Below, piece after piece: positions 19,075-26,901 of a DNA stretch of 64,000 bases; the first letter of the stretch is position 1; the number at the start of each line of letters is the position of its first letter. Source of the stretch: Bacteroidales bacterium (lineage in GTDB: Bacteria; Bacteroidota; Bacteroidia; Bacteroidales; WCHB1-69); NCBI GenBank assembly GCA_045598105.1, contig JAZLLK010000049.1, forward strand, positions 38,072 through 102,071. Direction: 5' to 3'. A model generated the notes under the pieces. It searched no databases, had not been told where the DNA came from, and saw only the letters and a program-made list of their open reading frames with translations. Position numbers and translations under genes: made by a program.

Positions 19075-19160
19075 TCGATTGAATCCCTACGTCGGCATTA
19101 TCCGTACAGGTTCAAAGGGTATAATCTCAGCCTATTACAAGTAAGGCACCCCGTTTTTTT
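19075..19160 (-). promoter_or_regulatory. TPP (THI-box) riboswitch aptamer
   Basis: Minus-strand core GGGGTGCC..GGCTGAGATTATACCCTTTGAACCTGTACGGATAATGCCGACGTAGGGA (19152 down to 19084) matches the conserved TPP aptamer blocks. Confidence 0.9.
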
Positions 19161-19199
19161 TGCTTTCTGCAACTATAATACAGCTATAGAAAGATGCTG

Positions 19200-19207
19200 C
19201 AAAGGTA
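19200..19207 (-). promoter_or_regulatory. -7 box TACCTTTG driving the riboswitch/receptor/pnuC transcript
   Basis: CAAAGGTA on the plus strand, ~45 nt upstream of the aptamer. Confidence 0.65.
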
Positions 19208-19251
19208 TAATATTTTTTTTATATTGCGGCCTGTGCCTGCAAAAAAAAATA

Positions 19252-19259
19252 TATCTTTG
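19252..19259 (+). promoter_or_regulatory. -7 box TATCTTTG for the nitroreductase and thiamine pyrophosphokinase pair
   Basis: Exact TAnnTTTG, 74 nt upstream of the ATG at 19333. It is divergent from the riboswitch promoter. Confidence 0.6.
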
Positions 19260-19332
19260 CATTTTTGTACCATATAAGTGCAGGTATAGGGTGTATATAT
19301 GGTATAATGAGTAAAATATTAAGTGTATATTT

Positions 19333-19977
19333 ATGGCAGACAATTATTTAGAGAGTAGATATGATGCCGTGTTTGGTCAAAAGTCCAAAAAAGTGGTGCT
19401 TAAGCCGGTGGGTAAAAGCATAGATACTTTATTACAACGTAACAGAAGTTGTCGCGGATATAATAAAGCGTATGAGGTGAGTATGGATCAGCTGAAGCAA
19501 ATAGTGCATATAAATACGCTCATACCGTCGGCACGTAATGAGCAGGTGCTTCGTTTTAAATTGGTAACACGCACCACGGGTGCAGAAAAAATATTGCCTC
19601 ATATAATGCTTGGCGGTGCATTACCTGAGTTAAAGCTACCTTTTGCCGGTACCGAGCCGGAGGCTTATATTATAGTGTGTTCTTTAGTGGAAGAAAATCG
19701 TATGGTGAACATAGATATGGGCATATCGGTGCAAAGCATGTTGCTTAAGGCGGTAGATATGGGCTTGAACGGCATAATTATAGGAGCTTTTCATAAGGAG
19801 GAAATAAAGCAGGCTTTTAGTTTGCCCTATGAGCCGTCATTGATAGTAGCCATAGGTAAAGGGGCAGAAAAGTATAGATGTGTACCTATACACACTGCTG
19901 ATAATCACAGCTATTATCGTGAGAACGGTATACATTGTATCCCCAAGGTGGTAGTGGAAGATTTACTTATACCATAA
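19333..19977 (+). CDS. Nitroreductase-family flavoprotein
   Basis: N-terminus MADNYLESRY, then RRSCRGY-like and IPSARNEQ segments typical of the nitroreductase fold. Confidence 0.75.
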   Translation: MADNYLESRYDAVFGQKSKKVVLKPVGKSIDTLLQRNRSCRGYNKAYEVSMDQLKQIVHINTLIPSARNEQVLRFKLVTRTTGAEKILPHIMLGGALPELKLPFAGTEPEAYIIVCSLVEENRMVNIDMGISVQSMLLKAVDMGLNGIIIGAFHKEEIKQAFSLPYEPSLIVAIGKGAEKYRCVPIHTADNHSYYRENGIHCIPKVVVEDLLIP

Positions 19978-19979
19978 GT

Positions 19980-20618
19980 ATGTGTTGGAATATGAATTAT
20001 GACGCGGTGTTGGTGGCCAATGGAGAATATCCCACCCATAAAGTACCATTGAATATACTACATAGTGCCAAGCATGTAATATGTTGTGACGGGGCAGTGA
20101 GTGAGGTATATAATAGAGGTATATCCATAGAAGCCGTAATAGGGGATGGTGATTCCGTGCCTGCCAATATGAAGCAGTTATATGCTGACAGGCTGTGTGT
20201 GGTGAATGATCAGGAAACCAATGATCTTACCAAGGCCGTACTATGGGCAGTGGCCCGCGGATATAAGTCTATAGCCATAGTGGGAGCTACAGGAAAGCGA
20301 GAGGATCATTGTTTGGGTAATATAAGTTTGCTCTTACAATATGCCCGCTTGTGTAAGGTGAATATGTATAGTGATTACGGTGTGTTTTCGGCGGTGTATG
20401 GTACTACTGATTTCCCTTCATTTTCCCGTCAGCAGGTGTCTATATTTAACCTTACGCCGCAGGTAGCTCTTACAGTGAGAGGTTTAAAATATCCTATAGA
20501 AAACCGCTGTATGCGTCAGTGGTGGGAAGGTACGTTGAATGAAAGTACGGGAGGTAGTTTTCGTTTGGAATTTTTACAAGGTGAAATGCTTGTGTTTCAA
20601 ACTTATGAACCTAAGTAG
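19980..20618 (+). CDS. thiN: Thiamine pyrophosphokinase
   Basis: Motifs GDGDS, DQETNDLTKA and GATGKREDHCLGN. The start is at 19980 or 19992; the track start at 19935 overlaps the nitroreductase gene and is unlikely. Confidence 0.85.
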   Translation: MCWNMNYDAVLVANGEYPTHKVPLNILHSAKHVICCDGAVSEVYNRGISIEAVIGDGDSVPANMKQLYADRLCVVNDQETNDLTKAVLWAVARGYKSIAIVGATGKREDHCLGNISLLLQYARLCKVNMYSDYGVFSAVYGTTDFPSFSRQQVSIFNLTPQVALTVRGLKYPIENRCMRQWWEGTLNESTGGSFRLEFLQGEMLVFQTYEPK

Positions 20619-20627
20619 TCGCGTCAA

Positions 20628-21179
20628 TTACAAATTATAGTCCACTATATGTTCTTCCGCGTGCATAAGCAGGGCACAATATCGGGCCAGTACAAATAAA
20701 TAATCCGATAATCTATTTATATACATTAATATATTATCATCTACTTGAGTTTTATGGTGTAGTGATATTATTCTGCGTTCACATCGGCGGCATACGGTGC
20801 GGGCTATGTGGCATTGTGCGCAGGTAGTATGTGCATCCAGCATGATAAAGGCATGCATGGTCGGCAGGTGTTGTTGTAGCGTATCTATGGCTTGCTCCAG
20901 TTGTTGTACCTGCTGAGGGGTAATAGGTGCTAGGGGGTATGGATAGTTGTGAATATTGTTTATTGCCAAATGTGTTTGTATTACAAATAGTGTTTTTTCT
21001 ATTAGTTGTAAAGTTTGTTGGCAGTATTCATCGGGAATAATGGTATGTAGCAGTGCTATGTGGGCATTCAGTTCGTCCACGGTACCATAGGCTTCCACTC
21101 TTATGTCGTTTTTGCTTACTCTTTGGTTGTCCAGCAATGAGGTTTCACCTTTATCGCCTGTTTTGGTATATACTTTCAT
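20628..21179 (-). CDS. pduO: ATP:cob(I)alamin adenosyltransferase, PduO type
   Basis: N-terminus MKVYTKTGDKGETSL...RVEAYGTVDELNAHIA is diagnostic of the PduO/MMAB family. Confidence 0.85.
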   Translation of the reverse strand: MKVYTKTGDKGETSLLDNQRVSKNDIRVEAYGTVDELNAHIALLHTIIPDEYCQQTLQLIEKTLFVIQTHLAINNIHNYPYPLAPITPQQVQQLEQAIDTLQQHLPTMHAFIMLDAHTTCAQCHIARTVCRRCERRIISLHHKTQVDDNILMYINRLSDYLFVLARYCALLMHAEEHIVDYNL

Positions 21180-21185
21180 GGTAAA

Positions 21186-22226
21186 TTATCTTTTTATTCC
21201 TTTATTATTCAATGCGGTGTGATAGCGGGCAGCGTTACGCTCGTGTTCAGTTAGAGTAGCGGCAAAATTATGCTTGCCTGAAAAGTCTTCCTTGGCGCAC
21301 ATATACAAATAGTTATGTTTTTGATAGTGGAGTACTGCATCTATGGCTTGTATAGAAGGTATGCGAATGGGGCCGGGGGTAAGCCCGATGTGGGTGTAGG
21401 TATTATAGGGAGAGTCTATTTGTTTGTCCTTATTGAGCAGCCGTTTTATGCCAAAATCACCTATGGCGTATTTAAGCGTGGGGTCCGATTGCAGGGGCAT
21501 GTGCTTATGGAGGCGGTTAATATATAGTCCTGCTATAACAGGCTGTTCTGTTGCCATGTGATTTTCTTCTTCTACTATGGCAGCCAGTATGCTCACTTCT
21601 ATACGGCTAAGGGGAATATTTTGGGCGGCCGTATTGCGGTTATGGTTCCAAAAACGGGTGTATTCCTTGTACATGCGTTCAACCCAGGCATTGGCGGAGG
21701 TATTCCACCAAAATTCATAGGTATTAGGTATAAACATAGCCATACAATTTTCGGCAGTGAAGCCGTATTGCGTCCAATAGTGCTCATCATTGAGTACTTG
21801 TAGCAGTTCTTCTGCTGTGCATTCTAATTGTTCCGATATGCGTTGGCATAGTTGTTCTTTAGTACGTATGTTGTTAAAAGTGAGTTTTACAGGCTCTTGT
21901 TTGCCGGAGCGAAGCATGTTTACAAGTTCATTATTACTCATGTTGGCCGTTATTTTATATTTACCGGCATGTATGTGTGTGGGATAGTGCTTTTTTTGAG
22001 CCAGCATGCGGAATATAGGTATGTCCTTTAGCACCTGATGAGCCTGTAAGGTATCTATTACCTGTTCATACGAAGCATGGGTGGGTATATATATATATGT
22101 AACATTTTCGGTGTTTACATTATTACCGAATATGGCCTTGTATCCGTATAGGGCAGCCGCTGTAAGGCCTACTATAAGTAGCACGGCTATTATAATGAGT
22201 GTGTTTGTTTGTTTTTTGGTCATCAT
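21186..22226 (-). CDS. mltG: Endolytic murein transglycosylase MltG (YceG-like)
   Basis: Single N-terminal transmembrane helix, then YceG motifs (ASILAAIVEEE-like, PLQSDPT, YNTYTHIGLTPGPI). The start is set at ATGATG (22226) because a -7 box lies within the longer ORF. Confidence 0.85.
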   Translation of the reverse strand: MMTKKQTNTLIIIAVLLIVGLTAAALYGYKAIFGNNVNTENVTYIYIPTHASYEQVIDTLQAHQVLKDIPIFRMLAQKKHYPTHIHAGKYKITANMSNNELVNMLRSGKQEPVKLTFNNIRTKEQLCQRISEQLECTAEELLQVLNDEHYWTQYGFTAENCMAMFIPNTYEFWWNTSANAWVERMYKEYTRFWNHNRNTAAQNIPLSRIEVSILAAIVEEENHMATEQPVIAGLYINRLHKHMPLQSDPTLKYAIGDFGIKRLLNKDKQIDSPYNTYTHIGLTPGPIRIPSIQAIDAVLHYQKHNYLYMCAKEDFSGKHNFAATLTEHERNAARYHTALNNKGIKR

Positions 22227-22231
22227 AGGTG

Positions 22232-22239
22232 CAAAGGTA
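22232..22239 (-). promoter_or_regulatory. -7 box TACCTTTG only 5 nt upstream of the mltG ATG (possible leaderless mRNA)
   Basis: Minus strand reads GTTACCTTTGCACCTATGATG. Confidence 0.45.
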
Positions 22240-22515
22240 ACATTTATATTTGGGTAAAAAGGCTGTTTTAAGGCTTTTTTTTGCTTCGTTTTCATGAAGC
22301 TTTTATGCGTTTTGGGAAAAAATGCTGACAAAATCTTCCATTTAGATACAGGAAAAATGGCATGAAAACAGTTTTAAATGGTCTAAAAAGCCTAAAAAGT
22401 AGAAAAAATATGAACTATAATAATATATATGTGTCTGATTAATAGTTGTTTATTATCTTTTATAATTTTTTTTGTAATTTTGTTGACAAACATGTAAAGC
22501 GAATAATAAAAGTGT

Positions 22516-22523
22516 TACCTTTG
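22516..22523 (+). promoter_or_regulatory. -7 box TACCTTTG for the acidic mini-lipoprotein gene
   Basis: Context AAAGTGTTACCTTTGCA, 49 nt upstream of the ATG at 22572. Confidence 0.65.
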
Positions 22524-22571
22524 CAATACAAAAATAAATCATTTAATTAATAACATTTAAACAATACTAGT

Positions 22572-22766
22572 ATGAAAAAGTTATTTGCATTGTTAGTTGT
22601 TGCAGGTTTAGTAATGGTATCTTGCAATAATGCAACTGAAGAAGAAACCGTAGCTGAAGAAGCAGTTGTTGAAGAAGCAGCAGTTGTTGAAGAAGCAGTT
22701 GAAGAAGCTGTTGAAATGCCTGCAGAAGAAGCAACTGAAGAAGCAACTGAAGTTGTTGCTGAATAA
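22572..22766 (+). CDS. Small (64 aa) highly acidic lipoprotein made of E/A/V repeats
   Basis: Signal peptide plus lipobox LVMVSC, with its own promoter and terminator. Mature part is NNATEEETVAEEAVVEEAAVVEEAVEEAVEMPAEEATEEATEVVAE. Confidence 0.65.
   Translation: MKKLFALLVVAGLVMVSCNNATEEETVAEEAVVEEAAVVEEAVEEAVEMPAEEATEEATEVVAE
22636..22763 (+). repeat. Imperfect 12-18-nt tandem repeats (GAAGAAGCAGTTGTT-like) encoding the acidic tail
   Basis: Read directly: GAAGAAGCAGTTGTT, GAAGAAGCAGCAGTTGTT, GAAGAAGCAGTT, GAAGAAGCTGTT, and GAAGAAGCAACT twice. Confidence 0.7.
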
Positions 22767-22786
22767 TTCAGATTCACAGAAAGCAA

Positions 22787-22820
22787 AGAGGGTCGCTTGC
22801 ATAAGGCGACTCTTTTTTTT
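22787..22820. terminator. Terminator shared by the acidic lipoprotein gene (+) and ruvC (-)
   Basis: AGAG(G)GTCGC / GCGACTCT stem followed by a T8 run on the plus strand. Confidence 0.7.
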
Positions 22821-22832
22821 GTGCGGTAAAGT

Positions 22833-23393
22833 CTATTTTACTATTTTGTCAGGATGCTGAGTAAGGTAGGCGTCCCAGCTGCTGTAGGATTTGTCGGGTT
22901 TAAGGCCGGTACTTTGTATATAGTGACAGTAGGCTATACTTAATGCATCGGAGGCATCATAGGTGGTGATATCTTCGGCATGATAGTTTTGCAGTAAATA
23001 TTGTAGCATGCCGGCTACCTGTTCTTTAGAGGCGCTTCCTTTACCCACTATGGCCATTTTTACCTTACGGGGTGCGTATTCGTGCACGGGCACGTTATTA
23101 TGCAGGCCGGCTGCTATGGCTACTCCTTGTGCCCGCCCTAATTTAAGCATTGATTGCACATTTTTACCATAGAAGGGCGCTTCTATGGCCATTTCATCAG
23201 GATGATATAGGGAAATGAGGGAACTTACAAACTCAAATATGTCTTGTAATTTGCTTAATGCATCTTTTTTTGTATTAAGTTTGAAAATACCGGCTTTTAT
23301 AACAGAAGTTTTTGTACCTTTGCCAATTATAATGCCGTATCCCATAATATTGGTGCCGGGGTCTATACCCAGTATGGTTTTATTGGTGTTCAC
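22833..23393 (-). CDS. ruvC: Crossover junction endodeoxyribonuclease RuvC
   Basis: ILGIDPGTNIMGYGII N-terminus, internal IEAPFYGKNVQS, and the C-terminal DASDALSIA motif. Confidence 0.9.
   Translation of the reverse strand: MNTNKTILGIDPGTNIMGYGIIIGKGTKTSVIKAGIFKLNTKKDALSKLQDIFEFVSSLISLYHPDEMAIEAPFYGKNVQSMLKLGRAQGVAIAAGLHNNVPVHEYAPRKVKMAIVGKGSASKEQVAGMLQYLLQNYHAEDITTYDASDALSIAYCHYIQSTGLKPDKSYSSWDAYLTQHPDKIVK
23315..23322 (+). promoter_or_regulatory. -7 box TACCTTTG inside the ruvC 5' coding region, facing the downstream (+) operon
   Basis: Exact motif, 93 nt upstream of the ATG at 23415. The true intergenic gap is only 21 bp. Confidence 0.5.
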
Positions 23394-23414
23394 TATGGTA
23401 ATATATTATTTTAT

Positions 23415-24419
23415 ATGAATAACGATTCTGCAAAATTACTAAAAAGTATCAACATAATAGCCTGTTTGGCCATATTTGTTTTGAGTTATTTGTTTGTTAT
23501 AGTAAAACTGAGCTCACAAACATCATGGCAGGAGATGAGTAATATGTATAAAGGGCCGGTGTGGCAACGAGAGTGGCCTATATTGTTATTCATGCTGTTA
23601 CTCATGCCTGTGAATTGGGCGGTAGAAGCCGTGAAGTGGAAATATTTAATGCGGCGTATATATCCGTTGTCGTTTTTTTCTTCGTTAAAATCGGTGTTGT
23701 CCGGTGTGAGTGTAAGCGTTATATTTCCTAATAGAGCAGGTGATTTTATAGGAAGAGCTTTTCTTTTGCCGCAAGGTTATGCTTTGCAGGGTACTTTGTC
23801 CACATGGGTGGGTAATATATCACAGCTTATTATTACCATGTGTGGAGGGGTGGCAGGTGTGGTGTATACATGGCAGCGTTGTGTTCATGGTGGTATAGCG
23901 GCTACATGGTGGATAGTATTGTTAGCAGTGTTATTGGTGTTAACGGTATTGGCAATGTGGGCTTATTTCAGTGTGGCGTCGTTTGCCTCGTTTTTGCGAA
24001 GGTTTAATGCACATTGGGTACAGCGTGTAGCTGATAAGTCAGCGTTTTTGGGGCAGTATACGCGTGGGGAATTGTGTAGGGTGTTGTTCATGTCCTGCCT
24101 GCGATATGTTGTATTTGTTTTTCAGTTGTATTTAGCCTTAAGGATTTTTGCTCCCGTTACCCCTTTGGGGCCGGCTATAGGCATATCATGTTTGTATTTT
24201 TTACTTACCACTATTACACCCACCTGGGTGTTAAGTGAAATAGGGGTGAGAGCATCGGTGGCTATATTGCTTTTTGGGCCGGTTACGGATATGTTTCCTT
24301 CATTGGGGCTGAGTGAGGTGGTGGTGATATTTCCTACCATATTGCTTTGGTGTGTGAATGTGGTGTTGCCTGCAGTGGCAGGCTCGTTTTTTGTACTTAA
24401 ATTAAAACTGTTACGATAA
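23415..24419 (+). CDS. Flippase-like membrane protein (UPF0104 / lysyl-PG-synthase transmembrane-region family)
   Basis: 334 aa with about 8 transmembrane spans. Family guess rests on the layout and on pairing with a GT2 gene. Confidence 0.6.
   Translation: MNNDSAKLLKSINIIACLAIFVLSYLFVIVKLSSQTSWQEMSNMYKGPVWQREWPILLFMLLLMPVNWAVEAVKWKYLMRRIYPLSFFSSLKSVLSGVSVSVIFPNRAGDFIGRAFLLPQGYALQGTLSTWVGNISQLIITMCGGVAGVVYTWQRCVHGGIAATWWIVLLAVLLVLTVLAMWAYFSVASFASFLRRFNAHWVQRVADKSAFLGQYTRGELCRVLFMSCLRYVVFVFQLYLALRIFAPVTPLGPAIGISCLYFLLTTITPTWVLSEIGVRASVAILLFGPVTDMFPSLGLSEVVVIFPTILLWCVNVVLPAVAGSFFVLKLKLLR
23431..23438 (-). promoter_or_regulatory. -7 box TAATTTTG for ruvC, inside codons 6-8 of the divergent gene
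   Basis: CAAAATTA on the plus strand, 38 nt upstream of the ruvC ATG at 23393. Confidence 0.45.
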
Positions 24420-24430
24420 TTTCAGAGCTG

Positions 24431-25561
24431 ATGATATCAATAGGGGGTGTAATAATAAGCGTAATAGTAGGTATAATAATTATAATGTATATAAGTATGG
24501 TGTTGCATTGGCTCTCGGGTTGGCATACACTATTGCGTAGCAGGCCGCAGTCGGCCATACAGCAGCAGTGCTTTAGTATAATTATACCTTTCTATAATGA
24601 AACAGAACATATAGCTGCATGCCTTCAAAGCATTGCAGCAGTGAATTATAGCAGGCATAATTATGAAGTTATATTGGCAAATGACGGCTCCACTGATGAC
24701 AGTGTGCAGCAGGCAGAGCAGTTTATGCGTGAGCATGAGGACATGGACATAACCTTGCTTTTTTTGCCCCATATGGGCAAAAAAAAAGCGGTGCGGCAGG
24801 CAGTGCAGCAGGCAAAATATGATTGGATACTCACCACCGATGCCGATTGTGAGGTGTCTGTAGAGTGGATGCATGAGTATAGCCGCTATATAGGGCAATA
24901 CCACTATAGTCTGCTGTGTGGTAGTGTGAGTTTTAAGCCACAACGTACACTTATGTACCGTTTGCAGCAGCTGGAAACAGGTGCTCTTATGGTGGCAGCG
25001 GCAGGCAGTATAGGCAGACATAAGTCGCTTATGTGCAGTGCAGCCAATATGTGCTATAAAAAGGACTTGTATGAGTCGGTGAGTGCCTATATGGAGGCTA
25101 CGCTGCAGTATGCATCGGGTGATGATGTGTTTTTGCTGCATGCCTGTGCCGATAAATACGGTGCTGATAGCATTGGCTATGTAATATCATCTCATGCGGT
25201 AGTGCATACGCATGCCGTATCTTCGCTGAGCGGTTTTTTGCGTCAGCGAAGCCGTTGGGCGGGCAAAACACCACATTATCAAATGTTATACCCTAAGTAT
25301 GTGGCTGCTGTAGTGTGGCTCATGAATATGCTGGTAGTAGCGTTTACGGCGGTAGCCTGCATAGATGTAGGCGTGTGGCCGATTATACTTATTATATTAG
25401 GTATAAAATGTATGGCTGATTTACCTATTATGATAGTATGGTGCAGGCATGTGAAGTGTAAGCCGATATTATGGTGGTATCCTGTAGCGGCCGTGTGTTA
25501 CCCATGGTACGTGGCGGCCGTAACGGTGTGCATGTGCCTTAAACGGACAGATTGGCATTAA
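24431..25561 (+). CDS. Family 2 glycosyltransferase with N- and C-terminal transmembrane segments
   Basis: FSIIIPFYNE, LANDGSTDDS and TTDADCEV (DxD) motifs, plus QRSRWAGK (a QxxRW-like processive signature). Confidence 0.8.
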   Translation: MISIGGVIISVIVGIIIIMYISMVLHWLSGWHTLLRSRPQSAIQQQCFSIIIPFYNETEHIAACLQSIAAVNYSRHNYEVILANDGSTDDSVQQAEQFMREHEDMDITLLFLPHMGKKKAVRQAVQQAKYDWILTTDADCEVSVEWMHEYSRYIGQYHYSLLCGSVSFKPQRTLMYRLQQLETGALMVAAAGSIGRHKSLMCSAANMCYKKDLYESVSAYMEATLQYASGDDVFLLHACADKYGADSIGYVISSHAVVHTHAVSSLSGFLRQRSRWAGKTPHYQMLYPKYVAAVVWLMNMLVVAFTAVACIDVGVWPIILIILGIKCMADLPIMIVWCRHVKCKPILWWYPVAAVCYPWYVAAVTVCMCLKRTDWH

Positions 25562-25576
25562 TAATAAAAAAAATAG

Positions 25577-25584
25577 TATATTTG
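25577..25584 (+). promoter_or_regulatory. -7 box TATATTTG upstream of the DUF2147 gene
   Basis: Exact TAnnTTTG, 41 nt upstream of the ATG at 25625. Confidence 0.5.
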
Positions 25585-25624
25585 CAAATTATTATTTGAT
25601 ATAAATACAAAAGATAAAAATAAT

Positions 25625-26056
25625 ATGATGAAAGTAAAAGTTGTGTGTATAATGTGCATAATAGCCTTGTGTGCAGGCATAAATGTTCAGGCACAAAATA
25701 AGGCCGATGATATAGTGGGCTATTATTATTCCGAAGATCCTTTTACGGGTGAAGGTTCACAAACATACATATACCGTGCCCCTGACGGTACTTATGAAGG
25801 TAAGGTGTGTTGGGTGGAAAATGTAGAAAAAAAAGGATTTTTGGGCTTGGTATTTCTTAAGGGGCTCCGGTATGACCCTCAAGAAAACGAGTGGAATAAA
25901 GGAGAAATTAAATACCCCGGTAAAAAAGGTAACTACAAAATGTATATGAAATTTGTAGGTGATAAAAAACTGAAAGTACGGGGGTACTGGGGTGTATCCA
26001 TGTTAGGAAAAAGCATGTACTGGTATAAGGAGAATAATCAACGTAAACAGCAATAG
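25625..26056 (+). CDS. DUF2147 domain protein (secreted)
   Basis: Signal peptide, then DIVGYYYSEDP...YEGKVCWVEN...KLKVRGYWGVSMLGKSMYW, which fits the DUF2147 pattern. Confidence 0.7.
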   Translation: MMKVKVVCIMCIIALCAGINVQAQNKADDIVGYYYSEDPFTGEGSQTYIYRAPDGTYEGKVCWVENVEKKGFLGLVFLKGLRYDPQENEWNKGEIKYPGKKGNYKMYMKFVGDKKLKVRGYWGVSMLGKSMYWYKENNQRKQQ

Positions 26057-26057
26057 T

Positions 26058-26861
26058 ATGCTTACTTCATCATATGTAGAGCAACAAGTAACCGAAGCTT
26101 CCCGGCCGGAATTTCAGAATTTTACATCCGTAAAGCAGGTGTATGCCTTTGCCTTGCATAGTGTGGACCTTACCACACTTGAAGGCAGTGATACCATAGC
26201 TAAGGTACAGGCCTTGTGTGCAAGGGCTTTGGAATTACAGCCTGCAGCCGTGTGCGTGTATCCTGTGTTTGCCCGTGAGGCTCGGGCGTGCTTATGCCAA
26301 AGTAATATACAGGTGGCGTGTGTGGCAGGTGCTTTTCCTGCAGGCCAAAGTCCCTTAGAGGTAAAGTTGGCCGAGGTTGCCTATGCCGTAGCCGAAGGGG
26401 CTAATGAAATAGACATGGTGATATCCCGCGGTAAATTTTTGGAGGGCAGGCATGATGAGGTATATAACGAAATAGCAACCATACGTAAGCAATGTGAGGG
26501 ACATAAGCTAAAGGTGATATTAGAAACGGGTGAGCTGCAAAGTATTGAAAACATATATGAGGCTGCCATGCTGGCCATGAAGGCCGGAGCCGATTATATT
26601 AAAACTTCCACCGGCAAAATACGGGTGAATGCTACCCCTCAGGCTTTTACGGTAATGTTGTATGCTATTAAGGATTATTATGCCCTTACGGGCAAAATGG
26701 TAGGTATTAAACCCGCAGGCGGTATATCGGAGGTGGAAGATGTGCTGTTATACGTACGTTTGCTGGAGCAGGTGCTGGGTGAAAAATGGCTGAATAATGC
26801 GTATTTTAGAATAGGAACCAGCCGTTTGGCTGACAAATTGGCTACAGAATTAGCAAAGTAA
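26058..26861 (+). CDS. deoC: Deoxyribose-phosphate aldolase
   Basis: IDMVI, LKVILETG, DYIKTSTGK (Schiff-base lysine) and IKPAGGI motifs. Confidence 0.85.
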   Translation: MLTSSYVEQQVTEASRPEFQNFTSVKQVYAFALHSVDLTTLEGSDTIAKVQALCARALELQPAAVCVYPVFAREARACLCQSNIQVACVAGAFPAGQSPLEVKLAEVAYAVAEGANEIDMVISRGKFLEGRHDEVYNEIATIRKQCEGHKLKVILETGELQSIENIYEAAMLAMKAGADYIKTSTGKIRVNATPQAFTVMLYAIKDYYALTGKMVGIKPAGGISEVEDVLLYVRLLEQVLGEKWLNNAYFRIGTSRLADKLATELAK

Positions 26862-26901
26862 TTATATAAAATAATACAAAATATATAAAAATCAATTATT
26901 T

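Noticed and set aside
19021-19314. 97-aa plus-strand ORF between the TonB receptor and the nitroreductase gene.
   Set aside because: It spans the TPP riboswitch (read antisense) and both divergent promoters. There is no start context or family resemblance.
20618-20628. Convergent thiN and pduO genes only 9 bp apart with no hairpin between them.
   Set aside because: Noted as tight packing. There is no structure to interpret, and termination presumably occurs inside the opposing genes.
22547-22860. Three alternative-frame or antisense ORFs (22547-22786, 22608-22802, 22666-22860) overlapping the acidic lipoprotein gene.
   Set aside because: They are artefacts of the GAA/GCA/GTT repeat, which is open in several frames. 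Only the plus-strand frame at 22572 has a signal peptide, lipobox, promoter and terminator.
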